Under the pieces are notes generated by a model. That model did no database searches and was not told the DNA's origin. It saw only the letters and a program-made list of their open reading frames with translations. This document shows positions 19,570-29,510 of a stretch of DNA of 64,000 nucleotides, in pieces. Positions within the stretch are counted from its first letter, which is position 1; each line of letters opens with the position of its first letter. Source of the DNA: Armatimonadota bacterium (GTDB taxonomy: Bacteria; Armatimonadota; Fimbriimonadia; Fimbriimonadales; GBS-DC); assembly GCA_037444405.1 (NCBI GenBank), contig JBBIML010000016.1, forward strand, positions 15,875 through 79,874, given 5' to 3'. A program made the position numbers and the translations under genes.

Positions 19570-21352
19570 CTAACTGCTCAAACCGCTCAATATCGCGGCG
19601 AATCACATCGAAACTGCTGCGCCAGAAGGCGGGCGTGCGGATATCGAAGCCGAAAGCGCGAGCCAGATCGACCGCGGTCGCCATCCCCGTCTGCGAGAGC
19701 AGGTCATCATAGCGGGCGCGGAAGCCATCAGGGTCGTCCTCATAGAGCGCGTACAGCCCCAGCCCGAACAGCAGCCCGAACATGTAGGGATAGTTATAGA
19801 AGGTGCTGCCGTAATAGTGGGGTTTCGCCGCCCACATATACGGATGCAGCGCATTCTCGTCCAGCCCATCGCCGTATGTCTCGCGCTGTGCCTCCCGCAT
19901 CAGTTCGCACAGCTCCTGCACGCTCAGCTCGCGCTGCTCCCGCCGTTCGAACACCGCCTTCTCGAACAGAAAGCGGCTCGTGATGTCAACCACCACCTGA
20001 CACATGCCCTGCAGAGCGCCTTCCAGAATGGCGATGCGCTCCTCGGGGTCAGCATCGCGCAATGCCGCCTGACGGATAATCGTCTCGCAGAAGATGCTGG
20101 CAGTCTCGGCAAGCGTCATGGGCAACTGGCGCTGCATATAGGTGCGCGGCGCCAGGCACAGGTTATGATAGGCGTGCCCCAGCTCGTGTGCGAGGGTGCT
20201 GACCGCGCCGAAGGCAGGCTTGTAGTTCACCAGGATGCGCGATTCGTCGCGGCGCAGGCGCATGCAGAAACCGCCGTCGCGCTTGCCGGGGCGCGGCTCG
20301 GCGTCGATCCAGTTCTCACGGAACGCCCGCGCCGCAAACGCGCTCAACTTATCGGAATAGGTGGCGAAATGCTCAATAATAAACTGCGTCGCTTCGGCGT
20401 AGTCCCACGCGCGCGGCTCCTTGCCGACAGGGGCGAACAGGTCGTACCACGCGCACCGCTCGATGCCCAGCAGCCGCGCTTTGGCGTGCAGGTAGCGGCG
20501 GAAGTCGGGGAACGCCTCGTACGCGGCGGTGAACATCGCCTCCAGCGTCGCCTCGTCGATGGCGCTGCGAAAGAGCGATTCCTCCAGCGGGGACGCCCAG
20601 CCGCGCTTGCGGGTCAGCAGAAGGGTCTCGCCCTTGATGCTGTTGAGCGCGCTGGCGATGGGCAGAGCGTGCTGCTCCCACGCGCGCAGCTCGGCTTCAT
20701 AGGCGGTGCGCCGCACCTCGCGGTCTGCATCAAACGCCAGATTGCGCACCATGCTGATGGGCATCGTCTGCCGCTCGCCCCGCAGTTCAATCTCCACCAG
20801 AATCTGCGAGGTGAGGTTGCCGTAGAGCTTGCTCCATGCGTTGCTGCCGGTGAGGCGCATCTCGGCGGCGAGCGCCTCTTCAGCAGGCGACATCATATGC
20901 TGGGCGGCAATCTGGCAGCGACGCAGCCAGTAGGCATGCGCCCGCGCCTGCTCGGAACGCTCGATGAGCGCGTCCACATCCTGTGTGCCCGCCCAGGCGA
21001 CCCAGCGCGTGCCCAGCTTCGACAGGCGCACCATCTGCTTCTCCATCTCGCTCAAGCGCGCCTGCGCAAACTCATCCCGCGAATCGGTCGTTACAAAACT
21101 GTAGATATAGGCGTTCAGCGTCCACGCCTGCTCGTTCAGCGCGTTATAGCGCGGGGTCAGCGCATCAAACAGTTGCACCGCCACCTCCGGCGGCAGCGGC
21201 TGCTCCATCCGATCGATGCGGGCTTCATCAAACAGCCCCTCCAGCTCGTCAATCGCGCGGGCAAAGGCGCGAAAATCGCGCTCAAACTCTGGCGAATCGA
21301 GCCCCGCATACACAACGCTCATATCCCAGCGCGGCAAAGTGGTCGTTGCCAT
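19538..21352 (-). CDS. pepF: Oligoendopeptidase F (M3B)
   Basis: LPRWD, WIDAEPRPGKRDGGFC, HELGH, AETASIFCE and FYNYPY. Confidence 0.92.
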   Translation of the reverse strand: MATTTLPRWDMSVVYAGLDSPEFERDFRAFARAIDELEGLFDEARIDRMEQPLPPEVAVQLFDALTPRYNALNEQAWTLNAYIYSFVTTDSRDEFAQARLSEMEKQMVRLSKLGTRWVAWAGTQDVDALIERSEQARAHAYWLRRCQIAAQHMMSPAEEALAAEMRLTGSNAWSKLYGNLTSQILVEIELRGERQTMPISMVRNLAFDADREVRRTAYEAELRAWEQHALPIASALNSIKGETLLLTRKRGWASPLEESLFRSAIDEATLEAMFTAAYEAFPDFRRYLHAKARLLGIERCAWYDLFAPVGKEPRAWDYAEATQFIIEHFATYSDKLSAFAARAFRENWIDAEPRPGKRDGGFCMRLRRDESRILVNYKPAFGAVSTLAHELGHAYHNLCLAPRTYMQRQLPMTLAETASIFCETIIRQAALRDADPEERIAILEGALQGMCQVVVDITSRFLFEKAVFERREQRELSVQELCELMREAQRETYGDGLDENALHPYMWAAKPHYYGSTFYNYPYMFGLLFGLGLYALYEDDPDGFRARYDDLLSQTGMATAVDLARAFGFDIRTPAFWRSSFDVIRRDIERFEQLAMPAAGRAGD

Positions 21353-21405
21353 CTCTCTCCTCCACAGGGCAGAGTGTACCCCGTAGCGGGTATCATAGAG
21401 AGGCT

Positions 21406-22446
21406 ATGAAGGCGGTTCGCATTCATGAGTTCGGCACGGCAGAGAAGCTGGTCTACGAGACTGATGTGCCCGACCCCGTTCCACAGAAAGGCAAGGTGCT
21501 GGTGCGGGTACGCGCCTGTGCGCTCAATCATTTAGACCTGTGGGTGCGCAACGGCATTCCCGCCTACAACACGCCTCTGCCCCACATCCTGGGCAGCGAT
21601 ATTGCTGGCGAGGTCGTGGAGGTGGGCGAAGGCGTCAAAGAGTGGCGCCGGGGCGACCTGGTGGTGCTGTATCCGATTCTGAGCTGCGGGCAGTGCCGCT
21701 ATTGCCGCATGGGTCGGGAGAACCTCTGTCTGGAGGTGCAGGTGATCGGGGCGCATCGGGACGGCGGCTACGCCGAGTATATCGCGGTGCCCGCGCGCAA
21801 TCTTTTGCCGAAGCCCACCACGCTCAGCTTTGTAGAAGCGGCAGCGGTGCCTCTGGTGTTTCTGACCGCATGGCACATGCTCATCCATCGGGCGCGATTG
21901 CAACCGGGCGAGTGGGCGCTGATCATGGGTGGCAGCAGCGGCGTGGGCAGCGCCGCCATCCAGATTGCCAAACTGCGCGGCGCACTCGTCGTCGCCACCG
22001 CTGGCAGCGAGGCGAAGATGCAGCGCGCCCTGGAGCTGGGCGCCGACGCCGTGGTGAACCATAACGACCCCGAATGGTGGCGCGCGGTGAAAGAGAAGAC
22101 CGAAGGCGAGGGCATCGATGTGGTATTCGAGCATATCGGGCAGGCGGTGTTCGACTCATGCGTGCGCCTGCTCAACAAAGGCGGGCGGCTCGTCACCTGC
22201 GGCGCCACCACTGGTCAGACAGGGCAGTTCGACATCCGCTACCTGTTCAGCCGTGAGCTGGAAATTTACGGCGCCTATCTGGGCACCCGCGCGGAACTGG
22301 CGAAGCTCCTGCCCTATGTGGAGAAGGGGCAGCTCAAGCCAGTGGTGGACAGCGTGTTCCCGCTTGCTCAAGCCCGCGCCGCCCACGAAAAACTCGAAAG
22401 CCGCGACTTCTTCGGCAAAATCGTGCTGACCATTGACGAGGCATAA
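21406..22446 (+). CDS. Zinc-binding dehydrogenase / quinone oxidoreductase (MDR family)
   Basis: ALNHLD, PHILGSD, CGQCRYC, GGSSGVG and FGKIVL. Confidence 0.9.
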   Translation: MKAVRIHEFGTAEKLVYETDVPDPVPQKGKVLVRVRACALNHLDLWVRNGIPAYNTPLPHILGSDIAGEVVEVGEGVKEWRRGDLVVLYPILSCGQCRYCRMGRENLCLEVQVIGAHRDGGYAEYIAVPARNLLPKPTTLSFVEAAAVPLVFLTAWHMLIHRARLQPGEWALIMGGSSGVGSAAIQIAKLRGALVVATAGSEAKMQRALELGADAVVNHNDPEWWRAVKEKTEGEGIDVVFEHIGQAVFDSCVRLLNKGGRLVTCGATTGQTGQFDIRYLFSRELEIYGAYLGTRAELAKLLPYVEKGQLKPVVDSVFPLAQARAAHEKLESRDFFGKIVLTIDEA

Positions 22447-22539
22447 GAAAATCAAAAAGCGAGAAGAATCTATTGCCTGCCCTCCAGAAGGCAGGAGTGA
22501 TGCATCGAATAATGAATATTTAGAGGGGAGGAGAATCGG

Positions 22540-23043
22540 ATGGAACAGCAGGGTTCACCGATGGAGCAGCAGGAGTCCCAGCTTGAACTGCAGAAAGCGG
22601 CTCTTGCCCAGGCGGGTTCTGCGGGCGCCAGCTGGTTCTACTGGATCGGTGGGTTGTCGCTGGTCAACACCGCAATCGCCTTATTTGGAGGCACAGTCCG
22701 CTTCGTGTTTGGGTTGGGCATCACCGACCTGATCAGTTCACTGGCTGCCTATGCGCGACAGGAGCAGGCGGATGTCGCCGAGCCGCTCAGCTGGGTTGCG
22801 GTGGTGACCACGGTCATCGCTGCAGCGGTGCTGGCGCTGTTCGGCTGGCTCTCCCAGAGACGGCTGTTGTGGGCTTACGCCATCGGCATGGCACTCTATC
22901 TGGGCGATGGAATCCTGTGCCTTATTTTTCAGGATTACCTCGCAGTAGCGGTCCATGCCATTGCACTGTTCCTGCTCTTTCGCGGCTTTTTAGCCTACAC
23001 GCAGCTGGCGCGACTGGAGCAGACAGGTGGCAGCCTCTCATAG
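22540..23043 (+). CDS. Hypothetical membrane protein
   Basis: GASWFYWIGGLSLVN and 4-5 hydrophobic segments, with an RBS-like GGAG. Confidence 0.7.
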   Translation: MEQQGSPMEQQESQLELQKAALAQAGSAGASWFYWIGGLSLVNTAIALFGGTVRFVFGLGITDLISSLAAYARQEQADVAEPLSWVAVVTTVIAAAVLALFGWLSQRRLLWAYAIGMALYLGDGILCLIFQDYLAVAVHAIALFLLFRGFLAYTQLARLEQTGGSLS

Positions 23044-23054
23044 CGACCGCTGTT

Positions 23055-24209
23055 TCAGAGTGGACGCCAGTATAAATCGCGCGTCTCCACAATCGTGAAC
23101 GGGTCGTGGCACTGAATGGCGATGTGCCCCTCCCGAAACTCGCGGTCGCGCACATCCACTACCTTCTGCCCGTTCACAAAAATCTGGATATGCTCCCCCT
23201 TCGCCACGATGCGCATCGAAAACCACGCCTCATCGCGGGTGAGCAGCCGGCTGGCGCGTGCCTGATGATAGAGTGAACCCGTGAAAGGCTGATTCTCAAT
23301 GTGGTTGAACACCTGCGCCTCGTAGCCCACGGGCCAGCTGTCGCGATTCGTAGGGTTCGGCTTCGCGCGGAAATAGATGCCGTTATTCGGCTTGAACTGC
23401 TCTGGTCGGAAGGAGCGAATGCGAATCATCGCGCGAAGCTCAAAATCGCGGAAGGTCTTCTCGGTGAACAGGTGTCCCATCCCACCCTGTCCGATCAGCA
23501 CGCCGTCTTTGACCTCCCAGCGTGCCCAGCCCGTTGCAAACCAGCCCGTGAGGTCTTTGCCATTGAACAGCGGTTGCCAGCCCTCGTCGCACTCGCCGGG
23601 CTTGAGCGGCTTGATGCGGATATTGCGAAAGCGCACCGTCACGCCCGGATGGTGCTGTTGAAAGCCGATCACGCCTCTGGAGAACTCGTGCAGGTCGGCG
23701 TCCTGCACCATCTCGCCGTTGATGCTGACCTGAATACGGCTGCCGCAGGCGCGAATCTCGAAGCGGTTCCACTGCTTTTCGGGCGCGATCTCGCGCATGC
23801 GTTCCAGATGGGTGGGCACGCGCCCGTAGATGCTGCCTGTGGGGTTATTGGGGTCCTGCAGGCTAATCTGAATCTCATAGCCATCGACCCACGGGGTGGC
23901 TGTGCGCTGGGCGCGAATGAAGATGCCGCTGTTCGATTCGTGCGTGTCGCCTTTATCGATCCAGTATTCGCCGCGCAGGATGAAGTTATCATACTCAGCC
24001 TCGGTGCCGATCCAGCCGGCGCTCTGGCTGGGTCCGACCAGCTCGCCATTCTCCACACGCCAGTCGGGTCCGGCGTACACCTTCCAGCCCGTGAGGTCTT
24101 TGCCGTTGAACAGGAGACGAAAGCCCTCGCGCCGTTCCGCACGGCTGAGCTGTGCCGAAGCCAGATTCAGCGCAACCATCAAACCGAGCAGACCGATAAC
24201 GATTCGCAT
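23055..24209 (-). CDS. Secreted tandem DUF1080 (3-keto-disaccharide hydrolase-like) protein
   Basis: Signal peptide and two repeats of LFNGKDLTGW...NSGIFIR/NNGIYFR...YEIQ/YEAQ...GxIxxQxH. Confidence 0.9.
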   Translation of the reverse strand: MRIVIGLLGLMVALNLASAQLSRAERREGFRLLFNGKDLTGWKVYAGPDWRVENGELVGPSQSAGWIGTEAEYDNFILRGEYWIDKGDTHESNSGIFIRAQRTATPWVDGYEIQISLQDPNNPTGSIYGRVPTHLERMREIAPEKQWNRFEIRACGSRIQVSINGEMVQDADLHEFSRGVIGFQQHHPGVTVRFRNIRIKPLKPGECDEGWQPLFNGKDLTGWFATGWARWEVKDGVLIGQGGMGHLFTEKTFRDFELRAMIRIRSFRPEQFKPNNGIYFRAKPNPTNRDSWPVGYEAQVFNHIENQPFTGSLYHQARASRLLTRDEAWFSMRIVAKGEHIQIFVNGQKVVDVRDREFREGHIAIQCHDPFTIVETRDLYWRPL

Positions 24210-24233
24210 GGCAGGCGTATTATTATCACCTAT

Positions 24234-24332
24234 CGCCTCGATTCCTGCCAGACGCGCCACATGAAGCGGGGCAGGTTGCGCACTTTGGCGATTTTGCGCG
24301 GGTCCTGCAGCAGCCGCCAGAGCCATTCCAGC
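24234..24332. repeat. 99-bp direct repeat, copy 1 (3' end of tagA/wecB)
   Basis: Identical to 26132-26230. Imperfect similarity extends to 24350/26248. Confidence 0.95.
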
Positions 24333-24376
24333 TCACAGCGCTGCATCCAGAAATGCACAATGGCGCAAATATATGC

Positions 24377-24403
24377 ACGAGTCGTTATCTCGTAACGACT
24401 CGT
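24377..24403. terminator. Perfect 11-bp inverted repeat just after the Schlafen-like gene
   Basis: acgagtcgtta-tctcg-taacgactcgt, starting 6 nt past the stop. There is no U-tract, so function is uncertain. Confidence 0.4.
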
Positions 24404-24409
24404 CGTTAA

Positions 24410-26107
24410 TTACGCACGGAGTTCATACCAGGCGCCCTTCTTCTGCCCATGTCGGACAAGTTTGCCGCTTTTCACCAATCGCTGCAGAAGTCGGTAGGCT
24501 TGAGGTAAGGAAAGCTGGCACAATTCTGCCGCTTCCGATCGGGTAATGCGCCCATATTTTTGCACATACTGTAAGATCATTTGCTCTTGTTGCAGCGGTT
24601 CAAAACCGCGCTGGCGGACATAAGCGGAGGGAATGCCCAGGCGCCGATAGGTCGCTGCTGAAAGGTGATAGGCGCGCCCTTTGCGCTCACCTCGTCCTTC
24701 CAGCAGTCCCGCTTCCACTAACCGCTCCAGCACAGCGCGGGCGTCGGTTTCGGGCTTTTGAAGAATCCGGGCTGCCTGCGCCGCTGTGATGCTCCGTTCC
24801 TGCCAGAGGGCGTTAAGGAGCAGCAGTTCGTCCAGCCTCAGAGGGCGACCCGCCTGGTTTTCCTCCACCACCAGCCGCACAAAAGCCAGATTCGCTTGCC
24901 CACCAGGCAAAATCAGGATAACATCCGTTGGGGTACTCCGCTCATACGAGGGTGCGGGACGCCCGTTGCGGAGTTGCTCGGTAAAGAGAATATCGATGCC
25001 CCGCCCTGTTCGCTCCACCACGCCCGCGCGTTTGAAAGCGTCTGCCAGAAGAGGGTTGCGGGGACGGGGTGGAGTGACCAGAATGTTGCCCAGATGAACC
25101 CCTTCAGGGAAGCCGCCAGGGTTCGTAATCTCTATGCGGTCCTCATACCACTGGATGTGAACAGCCCCCAGACGGGTGTAGTCGCGATGGATTAGAGCGT
25201 TAGCAACGGCTTCCCGGAAGGCTCGCTCAGAATATTCAGGCACACCCACGCGCAAGAGACCCACCATAATCTCCTCCTCACGATAGCGGGCGCGGAAACG
25301 CTGGAGAACCTCCTCCATCACCCGCAACAGGGGGTAGCGGAAAAAGTCGTTGACTTCTACCCGCTGTTCCCGCAGCACCTGAAAGGCGACTTCATGAGTG
25401 GGCAGGAAATGGCGCAACGCCGCTTCTTTGCCAAACAGCAACAGTCCCAGCACACGAATGCGCGTGATAGCATGGTTGGCTTCTACGGCTCCCAGCGCTT
25501 TCGCCAGCTCCTCGTCGGGAAGTTCCAGAAGGGTCTCATCACCCTGTCCCCGACTTTCGCGCACGAACCGCCGAAATCGCTCCAGTTCCAGTGGGTCCAG
25601 GTCGTGCCAGGTGGCGCCATCCACGATGGCGGTGGAGTAATCCAGAAGCCCGCGTGACGCTTGCAAAGACTGCATTTCGTGGAAACGCATGGGAATGCAC
25701 TCCGGCATACCGCGCCCGCCGATAGCACGCCGCAGATAAACCCCATCGGTCGTGCCCACTGGCGTTCGAATCGGCGGAACCTCAATGGCGATAATCTCCA
25801 CGCCCTCTGGCTGCAGAGGCACCACATGCACCTGCACCGTGAGGGAGGGGCTGGTTCGGTTCGCAATAAGCGCCTGCAGGCGGAGTGGATCCGTCGTCGC
25901 ACCATGGCGGGGGCGGGCGCCCGTGGGTTGCCCATCATCTTCGACGCCAATCAAAACCCAGCCGCTGTGGAGGCTGGAGCGATTCGCCATGCAGACGACC
26001 AGTCGCACGATTTCATCGTCTGACAGCTGGCGCTGTTTCTCGCTCTTGAACTCCACATCCAGGTTTTCGCCCTGCTGAATGAGTTGACGAAGCCGCTGGG
26101 GACTCAT
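24410..26107 (-). CDS. Schlafen/AlbA_2 + HATPase_c_4 (RecG-C-like) + wHTH protein
   Basis: GENLDVEFKS, MAN...GWVLIGVEDDG, REAVANALIHRDY, NPGG, PRNPLLA, ERTGRGI and two C-terminal wHTH domains. AGGAG RBS. Confidence 0.88.
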   Translation of the reverse strand: MSPQRLRQLIQQGENLDVEFKSEKQRQLSDDEIVRLVVCMANRSSLHSGWVLIGVEDDGQPTGARPRHGATTDPLRLQALIANRTSPSLTVQVHVVPLQPEGVEIIAIEVPPIRTPVGTTDGVYLRRAIGGRGMPECIPMRFHEMQSLQASRGLLDYSTAIVDGATWHDLDPLELERFRRFVRESRGQGDETLLELPDEELAKALGAVEANHAITRIRVLGLLLFGKEAALRHFLPTHEVAFQVLREQRVEVNDFFRYPLLRVMEEVLQRFRARYREEEIMVGLLRVGVPEYSERAFREAVANALIHRDYTRLGAVHIQWYEDRIEITNPGGFPEGVHLGNILVTPPRPRNPLLADAFKRAGVVERTGRGIDILFTEQLRNGRPAPSYERSTPTDVILILPGGQANLAFVRLVVEENQAGRPLRLDELLLLNALWQERSITAAQAARILQKPETDARAVLERLVEAGLLEGRGERKGRAYHLSAATYRRLGIPSAYVRQRGFEPLQQEQMILQYVQKYGRITRSEAAELCQLSLPQAYRLLQRLVKSGKLVRHGQKKGAWYELRA

Positions 26108-26127
26108 CGCCGTTGCTCCTGATAATA

Positions 26128-26889
26128 TCAACGCCTCGATTCCTGCCAGACGCGCCACATGAAGCGGGGCAGGTTGCGCACTTTGGCGATTTTGCGCGGG
26201 TCCTGCAGCAGCCGCCAGAGCCATTCCAGCCCGTAACGCTGCATCCAGCGGGGCGCACGCCTCACCACGCCTGCGTACACATCGAAGCTGCCGCCCACAC
26301 CGACCGACACGGGCACGCCCAGCTGGTCTTTGTGGCGGGCAATCCATTTCTCCTGACGCGGCATGCCCATCCCGACCAGCAGCACATCGGGCTGGGCGGC
26401 GCGGATGCGGGTCAGAACCTCAGGCTCCTGTTCGGGCGTGAAGTAGCCGTGATCCGCGCCCACAATCCGGGCGCCGGGGAAGCGTTGAAGCAGGTTCTGG
26501 GCGGCGCGCTGTGCCACGCCTGGTGCCGCGCCCACAAAGTAGAGCCGATAGCCCCGTTCGTGGCTGAGCTGAGTAAGTCGCGCCACCAGCTCCACGCCCG
26601 GCACGCGCTCCGGGAAAGGTGTCCCGCGCCGCCGCGCCGCCCACAGCAAGCCAAACCCGTCGGGCGTAACCAGATCCGCTGTCGCCAGCAGGTGCCGAAA
26701 CTCGCTATCGTCCTGTGCCAGCACCAGCGCGTTCGCATCGGCGGTAATCACCATGCGGGGGGTACGCTCGCGAATCCAGCCCTCGATGCAATCGAGGGTC
26801 TCCTGCATCCCCACCCGATGCACGCGCACGCCCAGAATGGTGACCGCTAACAGGGTGGCGCGCCCTGCCTCCGTCAGCGTGCCCTCCAT
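26128..26889 (-). CDS. WecB/TagA/CpsF family glycosyltransferase
   Basis: TPDG, ERVPGVEL, HGYF, VGMGMPRQEKWI, GVGGSFD and RAPRWMQRYGLEWLWRL. Confidence 0.93.
   Translation of the reverse strand: MEGTLTEAGRATLLAVTILGVRVHRVGMQETLDCIEGWIRERTPRMVITADANALVLAQDDSEFRHLLATADLVTPDGFGLLWAARRRGTPFPERVPGVELVARLTQLSHERGYRLYFVGAAPGVAQRAAQNLLQRFPGARIVGADHGYFTPEQEPEVLTRIRAAQPDVLLVGMGMPRQEKWIARHKDQLGVPVSVGVGGSFDVYAGVVRRAPRWMQRYGLEWLWRLLQDPRKIAKVRNLPRFMWRVWQESRR
26132..26230. repeat. 99-bp direct repeat, copy 2
   Basis: Identical to 24234-24332. Confidence 0.95.
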
Positions 26890-26930
26890 GCCACCCCAGA
26901 GCATACCCGAAAACGGGTAGAATCGGGGCT

Positions 26931-29504
26931 GTGAGCGCGAGGGTTGCCGCGGGAGTGAAGCCGACGCCAGAGGAGATGGGCGCATGGCTGCTGACAGAGC
27001 GCACGCGCCTGATCGAACGCCTCTGGGAGCAGAATGATGAGAACGCCTTCGCCCGCGAATACACCGCGCTCATCGATTCGGCTTTACAGGCGCTCTATCA
27101 GTGGGCGTACGAACAGGCGGCGCAGGAGGTCGCCCTGATCCCTGACCAGTCGCTCGCCATCTTCGCCACCGGCGGCTACGGACGCGCCGACCTCGCCCCC
27201 TGCTCCGATATTGACCTCACCTTCGTCCCGTTGCACGAGAACGAGCCGTTCACCGAGCGGCTGGTGAAGCACCTGTTTCAGGCGTTGATGAATGTGTTGC
27301 ACACGCAGGCGCGGCTCAGGGTCGGCTACGCCTATCGGCTGATGGACGACTGCCCCACGCTGGACGACAAGACGCGCACGGGTCTGCACGAAAAGCGGCT
27401 GGTGGCGGGCAGCAGCGCGGTTGCCGAGCAGTTCGAGACGCGATTCTGGCACACGCTGGACCCGACAGGCTTCATGCTGGAGCGCTATCAGGAGTATCGG
27501 GCGCGCTGGGCGAAGCAGGGCGAGGGCGTGCTGCGCATGGAGCCGAACCTGAAGGAGGGGCGCGGCGGCTTGCGCGACCGCCACACGCTCAACTGGCTCG
27601 CACAGGTGCGCTACGGCGTACCCTCCCACGCCGTGCTGGCGACCCTGACCGCCGAAGGCGTTCTCAGCTCGACGGAAGCCGAAGCGCTGGAGCGGGCAAC
27701 GCGCACGCTCGCGCGCGTGCGTGCATGGCTGCACGCCATCACGGGCGAGGCGCGCGACATCCTCACACGGAGCCGTCAAGCTGAAATCGCCGAACGGCTG
27801 GGTCTCGAAGCGAGCGCGTTCACCCGCATGGTGATGGACGCGCTGGCGACGCACGCCCGCCTCACTCGCCGCGCCGTTGAACAGCTCATCCGCTCGCCGC
27901 TCGTGCTGGGGCTGGGGCTGGACAGCGTGAACCTGCAGATTGAGCCTGCACCCGCGCTGGAGCGCGAATCGCCCGAATGGTGCCTGTGGGTGTTCCGACT
28001 GGCGCAAAAGTATCGCCTCGCGCTCAGCCCGCAGATTGAGGCGCGGATTGAAGCCGTGCTGCGCGATTCGCCGCGCCCGCCTGACCCGCGCGAGGTCGGG
28101 CAGTGCCTGCGCGAGATTCTGAGCCAGCCCGGCGAGGTGTATCGCGTGCTGGAGCCGATGGCGCGACTGGGCGTGCTGGGCTGGGCGCTGCCCGCCTTCA
28201 AAGCGGTGATGAGCCTGCCCGCAGGCGACCCCACCCACGAGTTCACCGTCGGCGAGCATACCCTGCAGGCGATCCGAATACTGGACAGCTTCGCGCAGAA
28301 CCCATCGGAGCCGCCGTCGCCCCTAACGCTCATCCTGAGCCAGTTGCCGCGCCCGGAGGTGCTCTACCTCGCGCTGCTGCTGCACGATGTGGGCAAGCAG
28401 GACGGCACGCGCCCCCATTCAGAATCGGGCGGCGAAATCGCCCGCGAGACCGCCCTGCAGCTGGGCTGGGACGAACATGCCGCCGATATCGAGTTTCTGG
28501 TGCGCCACCACCTGCTGATGGCGCAGACCGCTCGCCAGCGCGATCTGCACCTGCCCGAAACGATTCGCGACTTCACCCGCATCGTGAACGACCCCGAACG
28601 GCTGCAGATGCTCTACCTGCTCACCTGCGCCGACACGCAGGCGGTCGGCGAGCGTATCTGGACGCCCGCGCAGGCGGCGTTCCTGCAGGAACTCTATCGG
28701 CGGGCGATGCGCGCCCTTGAGGAGGGCGAGCCAGTCGCCGCGCCGAACCTCACCGCTCTGCGCAAACGGCTCCAGCGCGAGCTGTCGCGCCATCCGCTGC
28801 CACCCGAACTCATCGACCAGCACATCCAGCAGATGCCCTCCGCCTACCTGCTCAACACCCCCACCGAGCAGATTATGCTGCACATCCGCTACATCCAGCG
28901 CGTGCGCGAAGGCAAGGGACCCGTGATCGAGTTCCATCAGGCGCAGGGGTCGCCCTACACCGAGCTGACCATCTGCACCTTCGATGACCCGCAGCCAGGT
29001 CTGTTGAGCAAAATAGCGGGCGTGCTATACGCGCTGGACGCGGAGGTGAGCGCGGCGCGGGTGCTGACCCGCGAGGACGAGCCGCGCGTCGCGCTCGACA
29101 CGCTCTGGATTACCATCCGCCATCGCCCCCTCTCGCCCAATCAGTGCGCCCTTGTAGAGAAAGCGCTGCGCCGCGTGCTGACAGGCGAGCAGTCGGTGAG
29201 CGACCTGTTGCGCGAGCATCAGAAAGACCCCGAAAGCCAGCTGCGCGTGCGCCAGCTGCAGGTTCACGACGATGCGTCGGAGAGCTACACGGTGGTCGAT
29301 ATGCAGACGGAGCCGGACGCGGGCGCGCTCTATCGGGCGGCGTATCGCCTCTCGCGACTGGGCTGGAACATCCACAGCGCACGGCTGGGTCAGTGGGCAG
29401 GGCGCACCCTGCTCAGCTTCTACTGCACCGACACGCAGGGACGCAAAATCCCACCCGAACAGTACGAACGCCTTCTCAAGCCCGCCTCTGCACCCGATTC
29501 CTGA
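26931..29504 (+). CDS. glnD: [Protein-PII] uridylyltransferase/uridylyl-removing enzyme
   Basis: ATGGYGR...SDIDL, EPNLKEGRGGLRD, HEFTVGEH, HD domain LLHDVGK, LTCAD and two C-terminal ACT domains. Confidence 0.9.
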   Translation: MSARVAAGVKPTPEEMGAWLLTERTRLIERLWEQNDENAFAREYTALIDSALQALYQWAYEQAAQEVALIPDQSLAIFATGGYGRADLAPCSDIDLTFVPLHENEPFTERLVKHLFQALMNVLHTQARLRVGYAYRLMDDCPTLDDKTRTGLHEKRLVAGSSAVAEQFETRFWHTLDPTGFMLERYQEYRARWAKQGEGVLRMEPNLKEGRGGLRDRHTLNWLAQVRYGVPSHAVLATLTAEGVLSSTEAEALERATRTLARVRAWLHAITGEARDILTRSRQAEIAERLGLEASAFTRMVMDALATHARLTRRAVEQLIRSPLVLGLGLDSVNLQIEPAPALERESPEWCLWVFRLAQKYRLALSPQIEARIEAVLRDSPRPPDPREVGQCLREILSQPGEVYRVLEPMARLGVLGWALPAFKAVMSLPAGDPTHEFTVGEHTLQAIRILDSFAQNPSEPPSPLTLILSQLPRPEVLYLALLLHDVGKQDGTRPHSESGGEIARETALQLGWDEHAADIEFLVRHHLLMAQTARQRDLHLPETIRDFTRIVNDPERLQMLYLLTCADTQAVGERIWTPAQAAFLQELYRRAMRALEEGEPVAAPNLTALRKRLQRELSRHPLPPELIDQHIQQMPSAYLLNTPTEQIMLHIRYIQRVREGKGPVIEFHQAQGSPYTELTICTFDDPQPGLLSKIAGVLYALDAEVSAARVLTREDEPRVALDTLWITIRHRPLSPNQCALVEKALRRVLTGEQSVSDLLREHQKDPESQLRVRQLQVHDDASESYTVVDMQTEPDAGALYRAAYRLSRLGWNIHSARLGQWAGRTLLSFYCTDTQGRKIPPEQYERLLKPASAPDS

Positions 29505-29510
29505 TCCTGC

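Noticed and set aside
12305..21409. Long antisense ORFs (e.g. 12305-13633, 15489-16640, 16860-18314, 19817-21409)
   Set aside because: Shadow frames of well-supported genes, as expected in GC-rich DNA.
24210..24326. Shared N-terminus MALAAAAGPAQNRQ of ORFs 23055-24326 and 24410-26347
   Set aside because: An off-frame reading of the duplicated tagA 3' end, not a real shared protein domain.
24377..24412. Integron attC site
   Set aside because: Only a short perfect hairpin with no convincing RYYYAAC/GTTRRRY box pairs, and no integron integrase in the window.
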